Made by a program: the position numbers and the translations under genes
Assembly: GCF_003704095.1 (NCBI RefSeq)
Contig: NW_020846678.1
Coordinates: 186,158-250,000 of the forward strand
Reading direction: 5' to 3'
Source of the DNA: Pocillopora damicornis
Taxonomy: Eukaryota
Length of the DNA stretch: 63,843 nucleotides
Part shown: piece after piece, positions 50,474 to 62,344 of the stretch
How the letters are laid out: each line of letters opens with the position of its first letter
Numbering within the stretch: the first letter of the stretch is position 1
The notes under the pieces: model-generated
The model's input: the letters and a program-made list of their open reading frames with translations, nothing else
The model's database searches: none
Told to the model about the DNA's origin: nothing

Positions 50474-53400
50474 TCAGTACTCACGGCAAACTGGGCATCT
50501 TCCTCTGAACGGCGTAACAAGTTTCGGTCTCGGCGGGCTTACGTTGAAAACTTCTGTTTGAGAGGGAATGTCCTCATCTATGGCATCGTTACTCTCTTCG
50601 TCGACAGCTGCTTCTGTTTTGTTCGCTGCTGGAATTTCTTTCAGCAAAGCTTGCTTGTCTGCTTCGTTCTCTGCCACAACGGCGTCTTCTTCTACTTCAT
50701 CTTTAAAAGGCTTCAAGTCTGGTTTTCTCGCGCTGTCGATGGATTCTTTCGACCGCTCCGCCCAGGGGTTGATCTCTGAGGAATCGTTCACTTCAGCTTT
50801 GTGCGCAGTGGGTGAAGTCGTTAGATGCACCGCTGGTGTAACTGCAGCTGTCGGAGGTGCTGTGGGAGTAGGATTTGCTTGAGCGATGCTTTCCTTAGAA
50901 ATGCCGCCCTCTGTTTCGTCGCTCTTCTTCGGAATGGAAGTGTTGGTATTCAAATACCTATCGCAACAAAAAGGATTTTTGTAAATCGACGAGATCCAAA
51001 GAGTAGCATAAAAAAAAAAAACAACAACAAAACATGACTTTTTTTTGTGCTTTAACAAGTTTTCATTTTAATCCCTCCCTAACCTTGTTAGTACTGACAA
51101 ATGAGGATATCTTTATGGAAAAAATACTCACTGGTAAACTTCATTACCCCAAGGCCCTCCTTCTCCATCAGCTAAAGGAAGAAAAATGAAGAGGTTTACT
51201 AATTAGCGAAAACAACAGAAGCAGACCGACCAAGACTTGTGACAAGTGATCATCAAGAAATGAATGTTAAATGCCATCTGCAAACAGCAGGGAAAAAAAC
51301 AAAAAAAACAAGAAAGACTTATAATAGAGACAATAGCAATAACAATAATAATAATAATAAAAACAATAATATTAATGATTATAAGAGAAATCAACAGAAA
51401 TTAAAAAGACCCCCAATATTTTCTCTTGGAGTAATAACAACAACAACGAAAGTAAAGCGACGACAAGGGAATTACGTTTTATCTACACTTCGATCAACTA
51501 GCATAAGCGTTTATTCAGTGGATTTCTGATGGTATACAGATTACCTAATAATGCACGTTTTGGTATCGGTCTTTGTTTCTGATCTATTTGAGAACAGACG
51601 CTCGGCTGAGGTCTTATATTTGCTAAGCCAAGGCCTTAGAAGAGTTTTAAGGATCTGTCTAGTAGGAAAATAAAGATAAGCCAAGGCAGAAATATTGTTG
51701 ACGACAAAAAAAAAAAAAAAAAACCCGTCCTCTAACAAAGTAGGGCTCGTAGGCAATTTTGTACTTTTTCTCCTTTCCCCTCTTTCTGTTCATTTTTACG
51801 TCAAAATGTCATAGGTTTAGCTCGTGTGCCATGATTTTGAGGTTTGAACAGTCGCTTGATGTCATCTGAAATTTATAGCCAAGAGAGTATCAGTTGATAT
51901 TCTTCTGTTATAACTGAACTGCCGCATTGCTGGGCGATGAGAGTCTGGTCTGAATGAGATAAATCAATTTGAATTGATCTTGATTTAATTGGGTATTTTG
52001 TTGCATCTATCATAATTGCAGATTACCTTATTTATCTCGGTAGCAAAATTTTATCCTCACCTTTGCAGGAATCACTGACACCATATTTCATAAACGTCTT
52101 ATCAGCATCTTTGCCAGAGAAACACTGCCCTCCATTTTGAAGAGAGAAAATGATAAAACTGTTGTCCAGTGCAGCCTCGGCACATTTCATGAGCGCGTTG
52201 GTTCTCTTTTTGTAATCAGGTTCAAACAGCATAGCATGTTTCTTTTCCATTAAGGGAATAGCCCTGTCCCAGGTATCCTTCCAGCAACCGAGACTTTTAA
52301 AACCTGGGTTACGAAATGAAGCAAATCAATAGAGGAACAAATGATAAGTAAATTTTTATTCTTATTTTTTCGACGACGGGAAGCTTTTACGAGCTGTCAA
52401 GCAACACATAGTTGTGTATCAGATTCTGCTAATTTTCTTTGCGGTGCATTAAGTCTCAGTTTCTTTGTTGGTATTGTGTTTAATTGTTTGTGTATGTGTT
52501 TGTGTTTAGAGTTGTACAGGTATCTTTTCTGCGTCTCGTGCAAGTTTGGACCCGGTTGTCTTTTGAACAAGCAACGAGCTTTGGTTGCCCTGTGTCTCTT
52601 TTAGTCCACACTATTTTCTTGATCAGCTCAGAAGTACTGTTAAAATTCGAACAGCACAAATGAAATGGTTTTGTCAAACAAGTACAGTTTTGGTATGTCT
52701 GTTTTAATTTTCGGCAAACCAAAAAACGTGTTACAAATCGCAGATATCTTGAATAGAAACATTACGTCGAAAACCTTAACAACATGCACAGCAATAACAA
52801 CAACATCCATGTGCTCTTACTTCTTCCTCTGATGTGATACACTTGATCTCTGTTGGGTTGTAATTCCAGCTTTTCCTTATCTTTCTTAGAGTGTTTATCA
52901 TGCAGTGGAATTTGCGGTTGTGTTGGCTTTGCTAGTTGATCCTGAAATGGAACAGATAACACTGATGCTGGTTGAGGTGGGGCTGTTGGCTCCTGAATAC
53001 CACCTGGTACCATGTTGAATGATAGCCCTGCATCCAGCTGAGGGGCGTTGGATATCTCCGGCATCTCACTTGGCGGACAGGGCGGTTTGTCTGCGGAAAA
53101 ATAAAGTATGTCAGTTGTCTTAAGGAATAAGGAAGTATGTTGAGCATATGTCATAAGTGAGAGTCAAGGAAAACTCTGAATAAATAAGGAAAATTTGAGG
53201 CAATTTGCATCCGATTTGGTCCAAAAGAAATTCTTGAGATGGAAGTAATAACTAAGTGTTCAAGTTACTTGGCCCATAATCGTAGACGGTATGTGTAACC
53301 CTCAACAGAAAGTCGTTCATCGATTTGTATGCTTATAAGGTTCATAAACAAATTACGCCGTATAGGCGGCGTAATTTATCTCGCGCTCACACATACAGGT

Positions 53401-54265
53401 ACTCATAAAGTTACACAGTTAACATTAAATGTCATTTAGTTATCAGAGCTGGTTCGTTTATTTGTCAGGAAGATGCATAATTCGATGAAGAATAGTAACT
53501 TAAGGGAATAGTTTTCATTTTTAGGCAAAAAGAAACAAAACAAAACAAAACAAAGCACACCTGTACAAAAAGTGTTGATTGGACAGCAAGGGAGACCATC
53601 CGCGCCATAGGGAATTGCAACATTTGGATAACTATAAGCTGTAACAAGAAATATATCGTTAACGCAGCATAGTAACAACTGTATGGAAATGAACATCCAT
53701 TACAGTATGTTTTATGCAAAGAGTGTCGATTTTGTTACGTAACTACATTTCTTGGGTGATGCAACATTCTGCTGAAGTTATCAATGTATCTTTCAATCAA
53801 TCAATCTATCAGTTAATCAGTTTATTACGGTCAAAGTGTAGGATGAGATTACTTTTCGTTCCTGAGACAGAGGGTCGTGTATAAAATGCTTTACAATACG
53901 CAAGGTAAAGAAACCAATTACAGTAACCTATCACTGAGGGAAAATGAAGTATGCTCAAAATGAAAGTATATGAATTCTTAGGTTTACAATGTATCTGCTT
54001 TTAATTACACCTTTGGCATCACTCACGGTCAATTTTTTAAAAAAGCCAAAATAATAAACCGTGAAAAGGCATTTGCTCAGTGTTAGGTGTTTACCAAAAG
54101 CTTATGGGTGGGTTTATAGGTGGTGTACTTACCTATATTTTGACGTTTTTCATTCGTTACATTTTTCCTTTCTTGATTTAAGGTAGATGTGTTATTTTTC
54201 TTGGCAGGCACATGGCTAGCAACTAGCAAGAACAGGATAGCTCTTAACAGCGAAGAGCTGAGCAT
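50474..54265 (-). CDS. Secreted 415-aa protein: signal peptide, KR propeptide site, short Cys motif, Pro/Gln region, WSC-like domain, acidic low-complexity tail, C-terminal CxxC
   Basis: Exons 54133-54265, 53561-53638, 52821-53090, 52061-52303, 51132-51171, 50474-50957 sum to 1248 nt in frame with GT-AG sites. N-terminus MLSSSLLRAILFLLVASHVPA; domain LGCWKD...RAI...KCAEAA...FSLQNGGQCFSG...KYG.S.SC..DGEGGPWGNEVY. Confidence 0.82.
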
Positions 54266-57200
54266 CCTCGCCTGTCGGTAAATATTTGGCAGGATCTTTT
54301 CAAATAAAGCAATAATACAGCAGATTTCCGTATTCATTTATTAAACCAGAGAACAACTTTTTGATTCTGTTAAAAAAGCTTAGAAAAGCTTGGTTGATCT
54401 GGAAGTACGGTAATCAAGAATAAGAGAACACTTCTCCCCTTCGTTAAAGTATGACTTGTTTGTTGTAAATTTTTTTTTCAAACTTTCTTCTGACTGAAAT
54501 GTTGGTTTTAAGGGTCAGTAGCCTCCAGAAAGTTACCATGCTTTTCTGTGAAGCATGGATTAATAGTTAGGTCGATTTAAGTGACTTCGTATAAAAAGAA
54601 TGTTATAAAAAATAGTGTTTTGTCTGCGAATAGGCCAGCTTTGATAAATCTTAGTCTGGTCATGGTTGCGATAGCCTTAGCTACATTTGAATTTAAAGTA
54701 AAAATTGAAAAAGATGATAGTTTTCCCACAATGACCAAGCAGCGAAACATTTCCGTAAGACGGTTATTTTAGAAATTATTTCAGGTCCAGAACTAGAATT
54801 CTCTATTTCACTAATTTAAGCGGTTGGATTTAAATTGAAACAACAAAAATAACTTGGACCTCAGCAAGTAACATGGAACATCATTGAATGCTCTTTTGCT
54901 AAATATCGCAAATCCTAATCAGTGGTATAAAATTAACTGAATTATCAAAACTTCATTCTTTTGATCAGATTTCAGAAAAATTGAAATAAGCTTTTGGGTG
55001 GAGGTAAACTTCTTACTTGTAACGAGTGAAGTTTGCAACTGAATATAATTATCAAAAACAATAAAGTTGTTAAAGAATCTTATTAAGATGTTACTCAAAA
55101 TCGATAGGGGAAAACAAGACGAAATTGTCGCAGATACCTATTTGTTATCTTCATTTCTTAATTGCTACTTTCAATCGAATTACTTTATAGGGTAGCCTTT
55201 GATTTTATTACCATTCGATTAATTTTTAAAAACTCGACTTATTCAAAATCGTAAGATTAACCTTTTTCCCCTTTGAGCGTGCGAATAAAAGATAAACTCT
55301 TAAGCGATGTGAACTGGAGAAGCATCTCTATGATTAGTCACCATGAGAATAAAAATGTTGTCTAATCACTCTAAAATTTCATGGAAGATATCCGCATCCA
55401 GCGGACATCTTAACTAAAGCTAAACATTTGCATGAAATTCGTGAACCAAACCTTTTTAGTTATTAGAATCTTTCATTCCTAGTGTCTCAAGGATCAGAAG
55501 ATCAAGCAAACTCACCTCGTCTCAACTGCTTACCGTTCGTATTCCTAATCCATCTCTCAGGGGAAGAGAGAGAAAAAAAAGCAATTCGTATAAACAAAGG
55601 AGACGTCCTCCTTCTTATTTATGAGAGAGCGGTTTTTCACAATTTATCGCTCAATATCTACTAAGCGCGCAGTACCTGGTACTTGCTCAAAACTATCTCA
55701 CGAAAGGTCGGTTATGATAAACAACCAGCTAAGTTTAGTCCAAACAAACTATTTATTTTTTCTTTTTTGCGAAAACCAAAATAAACGTTTGCAAACGTGG
55801 TGATCCATATTCTTACGAAAGCTACAAAATAACAATCAACGCAGAAGGTGAAAAATTCTCGCTTAAAACAATTGCAAGCTGCCATCTTTGCGTTAGCGAT
55901 GGTTTTCTTAGGTGTAACTGTTTGTTCTTTTGTTCCCCCATGTTATGGTGTTTGTGAACGTAAACAAGCAGACACGTTTAGAGTGAAGGGCAGGTAACCG
56001 TTTGAAATGCCTTAAGTCTCTTTATCAGTAAAAAGAAAGAGAGCAATTTTGGCCCTCTCCTGGAAGAACATTCGAGAATCTTCTGATTCAGTTATCGCCT
56101 AAACAAGATCGTAGTATTCAATCGAAAGATGTCTCGTTATTCAAACGCATTTAACCGTGGATCATGGGCTCTCTGCTGAAAATTCCCTGTTTCTGAGGGT
56201 AGAAAATTGCTATGACTCGTGTTAAATGAGGCACATATTCCTCAATTTGCATTTCTCATAATTTCAGTACAGCTCTAAGAATTCAATTTATGTATTTTAA
56301 TTGGTTAAAAGTTTAAAGAAGACCAGGCAGTCAGACTCTTGACTTTTAAAGACCCATTTAATACCACCATACTGCCTCATATTATCATCATGAATCGATT
56401 GATAACGGCTTATAGGCTACACTAAGACAATTTAAAGAGTCTTCATCTCGCGATGCACCCTCTAGCGGAATGCTTATGATGCTGTTGAATATGACGTCCA
56501 CATGTCTTTTTTTTTTCCAAGTCTCCACTAAGAGACTTGAAGCCTATGATAAAAGCTCGAAAATTATATTCACTTCCAACCACCCACTACGTCATTTTGT
56601 AACTTGAGTTTCATGATAAACCACTTTAATAAAGCCGAGCATGCTGCCTTATTTGTCTCAAATTCTATATAGCAACGAGACTGGTGAACAGCTGTTTGTT
56701 TTGAGCGCGAAAACGACAGTGTATGTATCGTTCTCGCAGCTGTTCGTTCAATTGGACAGTATGCGTCGTTTGTAGGAATGTTTATACGCCTGTAATTTCC
56801 TCGCTCTTGCATGACGAAGTGAAAAGCTATGGAGAAGTTATGCCAGAGACTTTCTATCATCGTAGATCGCTCATAACATTATCTCAGCTCATCTTCTGTT
56901 CACATATTCAACTTTCGTTTTAACTTTGTTTTAATAGGTAAAACACGATAAATAAAAAGCGCCAAATTAAACGTAATTATTTTACTTTTATTACAACTTT
57001 GGGTGTCTGAAAAATGCTATCATCTTCATTTGAATAACGGAGCTTTAAGAATCATTAGGGCCACCATCATCCTTTGATTTTACCTGACTGGAGTTTCAAA
57101 CTGTGAAATTGAAAAAAGTCAAAATTATTTAAGTATATACCAAAACGATTTTGACACAAAAACGTAAACGTTTTGCCACGTAAAATGATCAATCGAACAA

Positions 57201-57365
57201 AGATATCGATCAGATGTTAATTCTTAATTGTATAAAAGAGGAACATGATCGGCGACAACCAGGTAAATTTTAAAATCAAACCCAAACGAAAGTTACGTAA
57301 CTGATCCGACTAAGAATTCACTTACTTCTCTTGGAAATTCATTTAGTTAATATATGGTTACTCAC

Positions 57366-59893
57366 TGGGCTTTTTCCTTCCCTTGTTGCAGAGGCACTGT
57401 TTGTGTCCAGGTTTCTTTAAGAAACCACCAACACCTTTAAAAATGAAGGAGGAGATAGAAAGAAAAAATTGTGAGCCGTCATTTTTTGATCAATTTTAAA
57501 ATTTTTATAAGCTAAGAAATTAAAGATTGAAAATTGGAAGGGTAAAAACGCTTCACTTCACCAGATGACATCAAGTGTACGTGTGACCAACAGTTTTTCT
57601 GTCATCTTCGTCAACCACTTTTATCGAAAAGGAATACAGTGGAACAAAAAAAGCACAGCTTTAATAAGTTCATGTAAGAAAATACATTCAAAAGGTGTCG
57701 TGTTAAACATAACCCTTTTTTTTAATTCACAGCTCAAGGGGTTGCTAAAGCATGCGTTTTTCTGCAATTCTATTGACTCTCAACTCAAAGAACCGATCAG
57801 CTTTCAACGTCTCCTTAGAATTAAGGATATTTCACTTTGTCAAATTGTCCTGAATGGCCAACAAAGGGATATATGGTGACTAGTTAGGAGGATTAAGTTC
57901 CAGATCTTTGAAGTGAAAGGCTTAAGTATCCGGTGTTTTTGCCACTCACCATAGCACACACTTTTCACCAGATCATCTCTGATATACTGTAACTTGTTAA
58001 ACGGACCAATGAAAACAGTTTCACTGACAGGTCTGGAGGACATTGCTTCTAGTTGTTTGATACTAAAGTGGTATCCAACTCCCACGCCGTAGACTCGTAC
58101 ACCACATTGTTTGATTTTGTATGCAGGTTGGGTGACGTCGTCAGTTGACCTGTGGTGTCATAATGTTTTCTTTTAGTGTTTCGTCTTTCAAGATGCAAGC
58201 ACGGAATTTCAGACCTCACTTATGGTCGTGATAAAAAATTTTTTCAAGCTTTTTCAAGTTGAGAACAGTTTAAAAAATTTGAAAATTACAGGCTTACTAA
58301 ACTAGTGTGAACAGGGAATATGGAAGCGATCTTCGCAGTAATTAACACTACTTAAGCAGTAGTGAAAATAAAACCAGATGTGTAGTCCAGAACAAAAAAA
58401 CTGATATGATACCTTCCATCCGTAATAACAATAAGAACTTTAGGGATTTCCTTGCGGGAGTTGCATTTCTTGTTAAACAAATAGTAATCTGCCATACTAA
58501 GTGCATAACCAGTATTTGAACTTGTTAATTTTTGTGTAGAGGCTTTTCTCAGTGCACGAACCAAAACAGATTTCTTCTGCTCGCTGAAAGAAAAGCGGGA
58601 AAAAGTAAAGTTTACTATAATCATAGAGCGAAATGATGAAATCACAAAACTTTTGAAAGTTTAAGGGACGATCTTTTTATTTATACTCAGAGTTTAGGAA
58701 GACTTAGTAGAGGAAGGAAGGATAGATTTTCCAGTAGATCCACTTAAGGATTCTGGGGTAGTCTAGTCTGGCATCGGACGGACATTTGAGGCAACTGAGT
58801 TCCCTCGTTATCAACAATCATTAATAATATTTAAGTTCACATTTGGACATCTCTTCACCCATTTTCACTTCTGGCCACAATTTGTATGAATGTTATCTCA
58901 GTGATATCTCAAGGGTCATCTTTCAATTGCGATTTTTGCATTACATTTGAGCAGTAATTATCAAGATAGCCTAAATGAAAGTATGAGCTAAAGAACGGAT
59001 AAAAGTCATGTAAATTCAACAAGCAGAGAAGAAAACAAGGGAACACCTTTCAAAATCAAAAACCAGATCAGTTTTGACGCCGTATGTGACCACGCCAACT
59101 CGTGTCTTTCGTCTTGAAATTGAAAATTTCCTGATTGTAATTTCTACAAAGTCGAGAATCTTTTTGAAGTTTCCTTTTCCGTGTTTTTTCACGCTGGCCG
59201 ATGCCTCAATCACAAATCCTAAGTCCATGTGAGCATAACAAACTGCAAAAAGAATTGTATCGGCACAGCGTGAGAAGCGATTTAAGTCAAATAAGCTCTA
59301 ATAATAACTTAATAACAAGCTATTTCTACTTACATGGACCAGGCTTTCTCAGCAATGCTGCAAATGAAAAATATCGCATTAATTAATCAATCGATCAATT
59401 AATCGATTAATCGATCAATCAGCCAGTCAGTCAATCGATCAGACAGACAGACAGACGGTCGTGGAGTCGACCGATCCATATGTCGGTAGGTCGGTCAGTC
59501 AGATGCCGGGGCTAGTCAGCGTTCAATCAGTCGGTCTGTCGATTAGTAGTTCACTACTAACTAAAGAGGCTACGAAACCATCCTTTACCAGACTAGATGG
59601 GACTGTGGAAAGCGTCATACAATGCAAAAAGGCCAAGACTTACGGCATGGCAGACACCCAGGAAGCCTTGCAGGCTGACCATCAAGGAAGAAGTAGTTAT
59701 GTTTGATCAGTCTTGAATCCCGAGGATGCTTTTTCAAATATTGAGTCACTTCGCCTTGAACACTGTCAGAGCTCTGCGAGGAACCATTGAGGAAATAATG
59801 GTTCCGCTTTTCATACGTTTTCGCCTTTTCAAAGCTGTAACCGGAAATAGCTCTAAATAGAAGCAGAATCGCGAGGTGCAAATAAGTTAACAT
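57366..59893 (-). CDS. Secreted vWA-domain protein, paralog of the giant gene's N-terminus; terminal exon not identified
   Basis: Exons 59644-59893 (signal peptide MLTYLHLAILLLFRAISG), 59334-59357, 59047-59242, 58413-58583, 57950-58149, 57366-57434 splice in frame; CYAHMDLGFVIEASASV..GKGNF...RVGVVTYG...VITDGRSTDDV...VYGVGVG...SVC. Confidence 0.82.
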
Positions 59894-60683
59894 GATCCTC
59901 TAAGATGATTAAAAATTTCTCGAGATAGTACTCGAAATTCAGAACGTTCTATTTTTTTTGTTTAGCCCTGCCTACAATTTTCCACTGACCACGCTATGAT
60001 ACAATAAACCGCCGGTTCGCAACCAGCCTAAATAAGCTGTTTTGACATTTCTAAACCAACGATTGCTCCTAAAGGCTTAACACACCCGTCAAATTATGAT
60101 AAACAATTTTAATTGAATTTTAAAGTTTGGTACGGCACTTAACAGGTCAGCCATGTTCACAAGATCGAAATGCTAAACGAGAAAAAAAAATGTGGAACAA
60201 TTGTTGAAGTGTTTGATACTCTCAGTTCGCGATTGTGGAGACTATTTCAAAATAAAGTAAAAAAAAAAAAAACTTTTTCTTTGGATTTGACCTTTTCCTG
60301 ACTGACCCCGATCGGTTCTGACTTACGTCGGTTTATTCAGAATTCAACAGTTTTGCCCGAAAAAAAAATTGCAGACCAACAATTTACGTCTAGAGTTGAC
60401 ACTACAGGTATAACTCAACGTTTATGAAGCACAAATATGATAACCGGCAACATAGGTGTTGCTGTTATGGAAAGCCAGTTCATTCATTGGGGGTATAAGT
60501 TTGAAACATTTGACAAGTTATTTTTTGATTCCTGTTGTTTTGAATCTTGCTAGTATTACTTTCTTACAGCTTTCTTTGCCACTAACAAAAGGCGGGCCAC
60601 AGTTAGAATGGTTTTTTAGCTAACTAATAAAAAATCATGACTGTGAATATACGATAGTAATCTATGATTACTGTGGATGAAGA

Positions 60684-60837
60684 AGTGAATGTGAGAGTGA
60701 TCTTCGCAGTAATGAACACCACTTTAACAAATAGGGCCTGAAAAAAAATTCAGTCCTGTACGGGATTTTTTTTCAGGCCTTATTTCCACCGCTGCTTAAG
60801 TAACATTCATTAGCGCGAAGATCGCTCTTATATTCAC
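60684..60837. mobile_element. Palindromic fold-back element; half copy at 58313-58372
   Basis: GTGAATGTGAGAGTGATCTTCGC...GGCCTGAAAAAAAAT / ATTTTTTTTCAGGCC...GCGAAGATCGCTCTTATATTCAC. Confidence 0.7.
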
Positions 60838-61352
60838 CTAATAAAATTATATAAAGGCTAACTGCAGGGTACACTCATTTATCATTCTTAAGAAGGGGAT
60901 TAGGAGGTCTGAGTTAAAAATTTTATGAAGTTCGTGGATGATTAGTTCGAAATGAAAAGATTTTTACAAGATTCTTCCCTGTAATTACACCATTTCTTTC
61001 CATGACGCGTGTCGATTTCATAATAAACAAATTTTAATTTAAATTTCATCATAACTCGTGTCCTTATCAGGTTTGTATCCATTCAAATCCGACATGTTAT
61101 GTATAACTAACTTGCCATTAGAACAGGTTGTTGCCCGAGCCTGCATTGTTTTGAATCTATAATGTTAATTATTGACTGAGGTTTCAAACTGTTCACAAGC
61201 GTTCTTTATCGAAGATCAAGGCCATACACAGCGTTTTACAGGTTTTTTGAGACAAAGTTTCGGTGATTAAACAACTATAGCTTCCAGCAAGCTTTCGGAA
61301 AATTAAAAAAGAATGGAATTGGTACCGGTCATTCCGCCATTTGTGTCTGTGA

Positions 61353-61406
61353 ACCTGGTCAGCTCAGTCGGCAGAGCATCAGACTTAAATCTGAGGTTCA
61401 CGGGTG
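61353..61406 (+). pseudogene. 3'-truncated tRNA-Lys(TTT)-derived fragment
   Basis: AGCTCAGTCGGCAGAGCATCAGACTTAAATCTGAGG resembles the D and anticodon arms of eukaryotic tRNA-Lys. The anticodon loop is only 6 nt, and the T-arm and 3' acceptor strand are missing. Confidence 0.65.
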
Positions 61407-61599
61407 CATTTTTCTTCTCCTTTTCGTTTAGGGCAGTTGTGACCAGAGTAAACGGTGTTATAAAACATATTTTTGCCTCTTCCTCTTCTAGGTTTATCAA
61501 CTGTGGCGGTTTTAAATGAGTTTAAATTTTAATATACCAGGATGTACAGAGTGCTCATTCTTCAAAATGTTCCGGCTCTTGTATGATATTATGTGAATA

Positions 61600-61885
61600 A
61601 TATATAGATTTAGCCAAGCTCGCTCGCACGTCTCAACGACTTGCCCCGGCCAGGACTAGAACCCAGGTTGTCCGACTCGGAGCCCAGTGCACTGACCACT
61701 GGACTACTGGACAAAGCCGTGGCGTTGGCGTACCCGCGATACAGTTGACCACGCATGTTAAAAGTAGCACCTTGTACGCTCATACGTTCGTATGGTCGTA
61801 CGGTCGTACATCCAAATTTTTTCGGAAAATGGTTTACTACTGTTTTGTATAATTATGGGGCTACGCTCTGCGAGCTCTGCTATAA
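61600..61885. mobile_element. Same element, copy 2
   Basis: TATATAGATTTAGCCAAGC...CCCCGGCCAGGACTAGAACCC...GGGGCTACGCTCTGCGAGCTCTGCTAT shared with copy 1. Confidence 0.8.
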
Positions 61886-62000
61886 ATTATCTCAGAATAT
61901 TTCTGACTATCTGTGGGTCCATGCTGTTACTGTGTTCAATCAACACTATCATTCGAATCAAAATGAATGTATAAATTTCAAAAAAGATTTACTTTATACT

Positions 62001-62072
62001 TCTCCCGGCGGGGAATCGAACCCCGGTTTCCCGCGTGACAGGCGGAGACACTCACCGCCATACTACCGAGGA
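62001..62072 (-). tRNA. tRNA-Asp-GTC: tRNA-Asp(GTC), divergent; possibly a pseudogene
   Basis: TCCTCGGTAGTATGGCGGTGAGTGTCTCCGCCTGTCACGCGGGAAACCGGGGTTCGATTCCCCGCCGGGAGA: anticodon loop CTGTCAC, intact T-arm/B-box, T-tract shortly downstream. Against function: A14->G and an acceptor-stem mismatch. Confidence 0.8.
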
Positions 62073-62344
62073 GCCCCCTTACCACATTGGGTAAAGACAA
62101 CAAAAGTAAAAAAAACCATTCTAGAATCCCATGCTGCCTAGAAAAGATCGATGTGGAAAAACCCAACTAGCACAATTCAATAACTTCTCAAATATATTAT
62201 TAATAATATTAATTATGGCTGAAATAATGCAAATCTATATGTTCCTTTCTTGCTGTGGTCGCTTAGGAACAAATTTTAGACGCAAAACGGATAGGGGAGG
62301 GTCTGTTATAGTGTTGAAATAAATGCCCTTTCTCCAACTGTTCA

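Noticed and set aside
5293-50882. Plus-strand ORFs overlapping domain exons (e.g. 14701-15186, 30269-30877, 31210-31740, 50318-50779)
   Set aside because: Antisense shadows of real exons with no recognisable motifs
52390-52610. Possible extra exon of the WSC-like gene
   Set aside because: An open frame exists, but it has no convincing splice sites and the flanking exons already join in frame
56570-56923. ORFs 56570-56860(-) and 56723-56923(+)
   Set aside because: No recognisable domain or splice support; could be 3' UTR of the small vWA gene
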